The notes under the pieces are model-generated. The model was not told where the DNA came from, did no database searches, and was given only the letters and a program-made list of their open reading frames with translations. A stretch of DNA of 63,317 nucleotides, the filler included, from Octopus bimaculoides (Eukaryota): assembly GCF_001194135.2 (NCBI RefSeq). It is 3 parts of 3 records of this genome, joined end to end, with 100 filler letters (N's around TTAATTAATTAA, not from the genome) between each part and the next. Parts side by side here need not be neighbours in the genome. Positions count along the whole stretch, not along the records: positions 36,411 to 63,317 come from NC_068994.1; 2 more parts are not named here. One strand, given 5' to 3'. Positions 61,545-63,317 of this stretch are shown piece after piece (position 1 is the stretch's first letter; each line of letters starts with the position of its first letter). The translations under genes and the position numbers were made by a program.

Positions 61545-61917
61545 GAGCAGCGGTCTCGCTTCCGTGCCGGTGGCACGTAAAAAGCACCATTTGAGCGCGA
61601 TCGTTTCCAACTTCACCTTACTGGCACTTGTGCTGGTGGCATGTAAACAAAACATTGGACTGACTCCTGTGCAGGTGGCACATAAAAAAACACCTTTTGA
61701 GCGTGGTCGTTGTCAGTACCGCCAGACTGGCCCTCATGCCGGTGGCACATAAAAAGCACCCACTACACTCTCGGAGTGGTTGGCGTTAGGAAGGGCATCC
61801 AGCTGTAGAAACTCTGCCAGATCAGATTGGAGTCTGGTGTAGCCATCTGGTTCGCCAGTCCCCAGTCAAATCGTCCAACCCATGCTAGCATGGAAAGCGG
61901 ATGATGATGATGATGAT
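61545..61917 (+). mobile_element. SINE family D copy, apparently young, with four internal hairpin modules and (ATG)n tail
   Basis: GTGCC-GGT-GGCAC.TAAAAAGCACC modules at 61564, 61630, 61669 and 61736; retains CpGs inside a CpG-depleted region. Confidence 0.83.
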
Positions 61918-62561
61918 TGAGTGGGTAGAAACAGCAAGGATTAGGGGAAATAATTTCTTTGGCATGAAGGAGGAATTGCAAGTGAAAAAGTATCTGCTGG
62001 GGTACATCTGTGTTGAGGAAAATAAGGAATCTCCGATTTTACAAATTTATAGTTTTGTCACATTAGATTACTCTTTTGGACTTAAGGGTTGAACTTATCT
62101 TTATATGGGGCTTTTTAGACTACATCAGTGGGTGGTTTCAAATGTCACCCTCATGTAGATTCCCTTGTTTGCTCAGTTGAAGATTTTGTTGATGTCAGGA
62201 ACAACATTGCCCACACTGAGTTGCTGTATGGTGGTCATATTCAGATAATGGCACCTAATTTACTCCTTTAATTCATGTTGTATATCTTTGTCATAATAAA
62301 TATCCTTCACCCCTCATACTCTCCACCACAAATTATGCATTAAAGTTTGTTGAAATGTTGCTTTGTATATTGATAGGTGTTTCAGGGTATGAACATTATA
62401 TATAATCTTTTTTGTATATGAATGTGTGTATATAGTGTGTGTAAATGTGTATATTTGTATGTCTGTAAATGTGCATCAGTCATAAATTTTTTGTGAAACC
62501 TGTCTTCCAGTTTGCTTCACTCACCCCTCTATGCATGTATATATGTACATACACAGATTGT

Positions 62562-62795
62562 GAGGGTGTGTGGCCTAGTAGTTAGTGTTGCATTTGTGAA
62601 TGTGAGATCATTTCCTGGACTGGGCTGCTTGTTGTGTTCTTGAGTAAAACATTTTGTCTCGCGTTGCTCTGCAATCACTTTGACATCTGATGTGTGACAC
62701 ATCATCCATCTGTACAAACTATGTCAATTTGATGGAGGGAGCGACCGAATGTGCAGTACAAACTTTTGATCTTTATAAACATCATCTGTGCAGGT
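62562..62795 (+). mobile_element. SINE family C copy
   Basis: Aligns with 4042-4322. Confidence 0.75.
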
Positions 62796-62974
62796 GTTTC
62801 AGTGAGAGTCCATGTATGTACAGACACACATATATTTCTCAACACTATTGTTAACACAAAAATATGAATCACTATTCTGTTCACATATCTCTTTCTTCCC
62901 CCCTCTCTCTCTGTTTGACTTTCTCTATATAATGACGTGTATACACATTCACACAGGTATATATATATATCCAT

Positions 62975-63317
62975 AGTCAACTGCTACAAAGGTAAAGGTG
63001 ACATTGTTAGATCAGGTAATGAAAGTCACGGAGAGGGTCATAGCCCAACTAATTAGGGAGAGAGTCAGTTTAGATGAGATGCAGTTTGGGTTTGTGCCAG
63101 GGAAAAGCACCACTGATGCTATATTTCTTGGTAAGGCAGCTGCAGGAGAAATACCTAGCCAAAGATAAACCTCTGTACCTGGCTTTCGTTGACATGGAGA
63201 AAGCCTTTGACAGGGAGGAAACTAGGGATAGAATAATGGTTAGTGAGAGTTGTGCGAGTCATGTACAGAGACGCTATCAGTAAGGTGAGGGTTGGCAATG
63301 AGTACAGTGGAGAATTC
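62975..63317 (+). mobile_element. RTE-like LINE RT fragment (runs off the window)
   Basis: CYKGKG..LLDQVMKVTERV...DEMQFGFVPGKSTTDAIF / VRQLQEKYLAKDKPLYLAFVDMEKAFDR. Confidence 0.88.

Noticed and set aside
61564-61760. CRISPR-like repeat-spacer array
   Set aside because: Eukaryotic context, irregular and mutually homologous spacers, embedded in a SINE; no cas genes.

Overview
Eukaryotic, AT-rich, microsatellite- and gap-rich animal genomic DNA. Repeat style suggests a cephalopod, probably Octopus (inference from recalled SINE families, not a database hit). No prokaryotic genes, rRNA, tRNA genes or CRISPR. Two 100-bp artificial joins (44N-TTAATTAATTAA-44N at 21155 and 36311) split the window into three separately assembled pieces. 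The only host gene I can support is an intron-containing RNase H1 (+ strand; three exons at 57181-57281, 58638-58955, 61026-61140 with consistent splice phases; first coding exon not found, rest of catalytic domain beyond the window). The rest is mostly transposon debris: four tRNA-type SINE families, RTE, R4/Dong-like and CR1-like LINE remnants, a Penelope-like element (RT + GIY-YIG), mariner/Tc1 remnants, a piggyBac-type MITE, another MITE and two Helitron derivatives. The most interesting signal, not visible in the ORF track, is a set of at least four sequence-unrelated minimal type I hammerhead ribozyme motifs (110-146, 29863-29899, 31754-31790, 34252-34297, 36171-36244). One sits in the 3' terminal repeat of the Penelope-like element, several sit in fold-back (inverted) mini-elements, and one family has a non-canonical CUGYUGA core. 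CpG content also drops sharply at about 37 kb, next to a candidate promoter motif.
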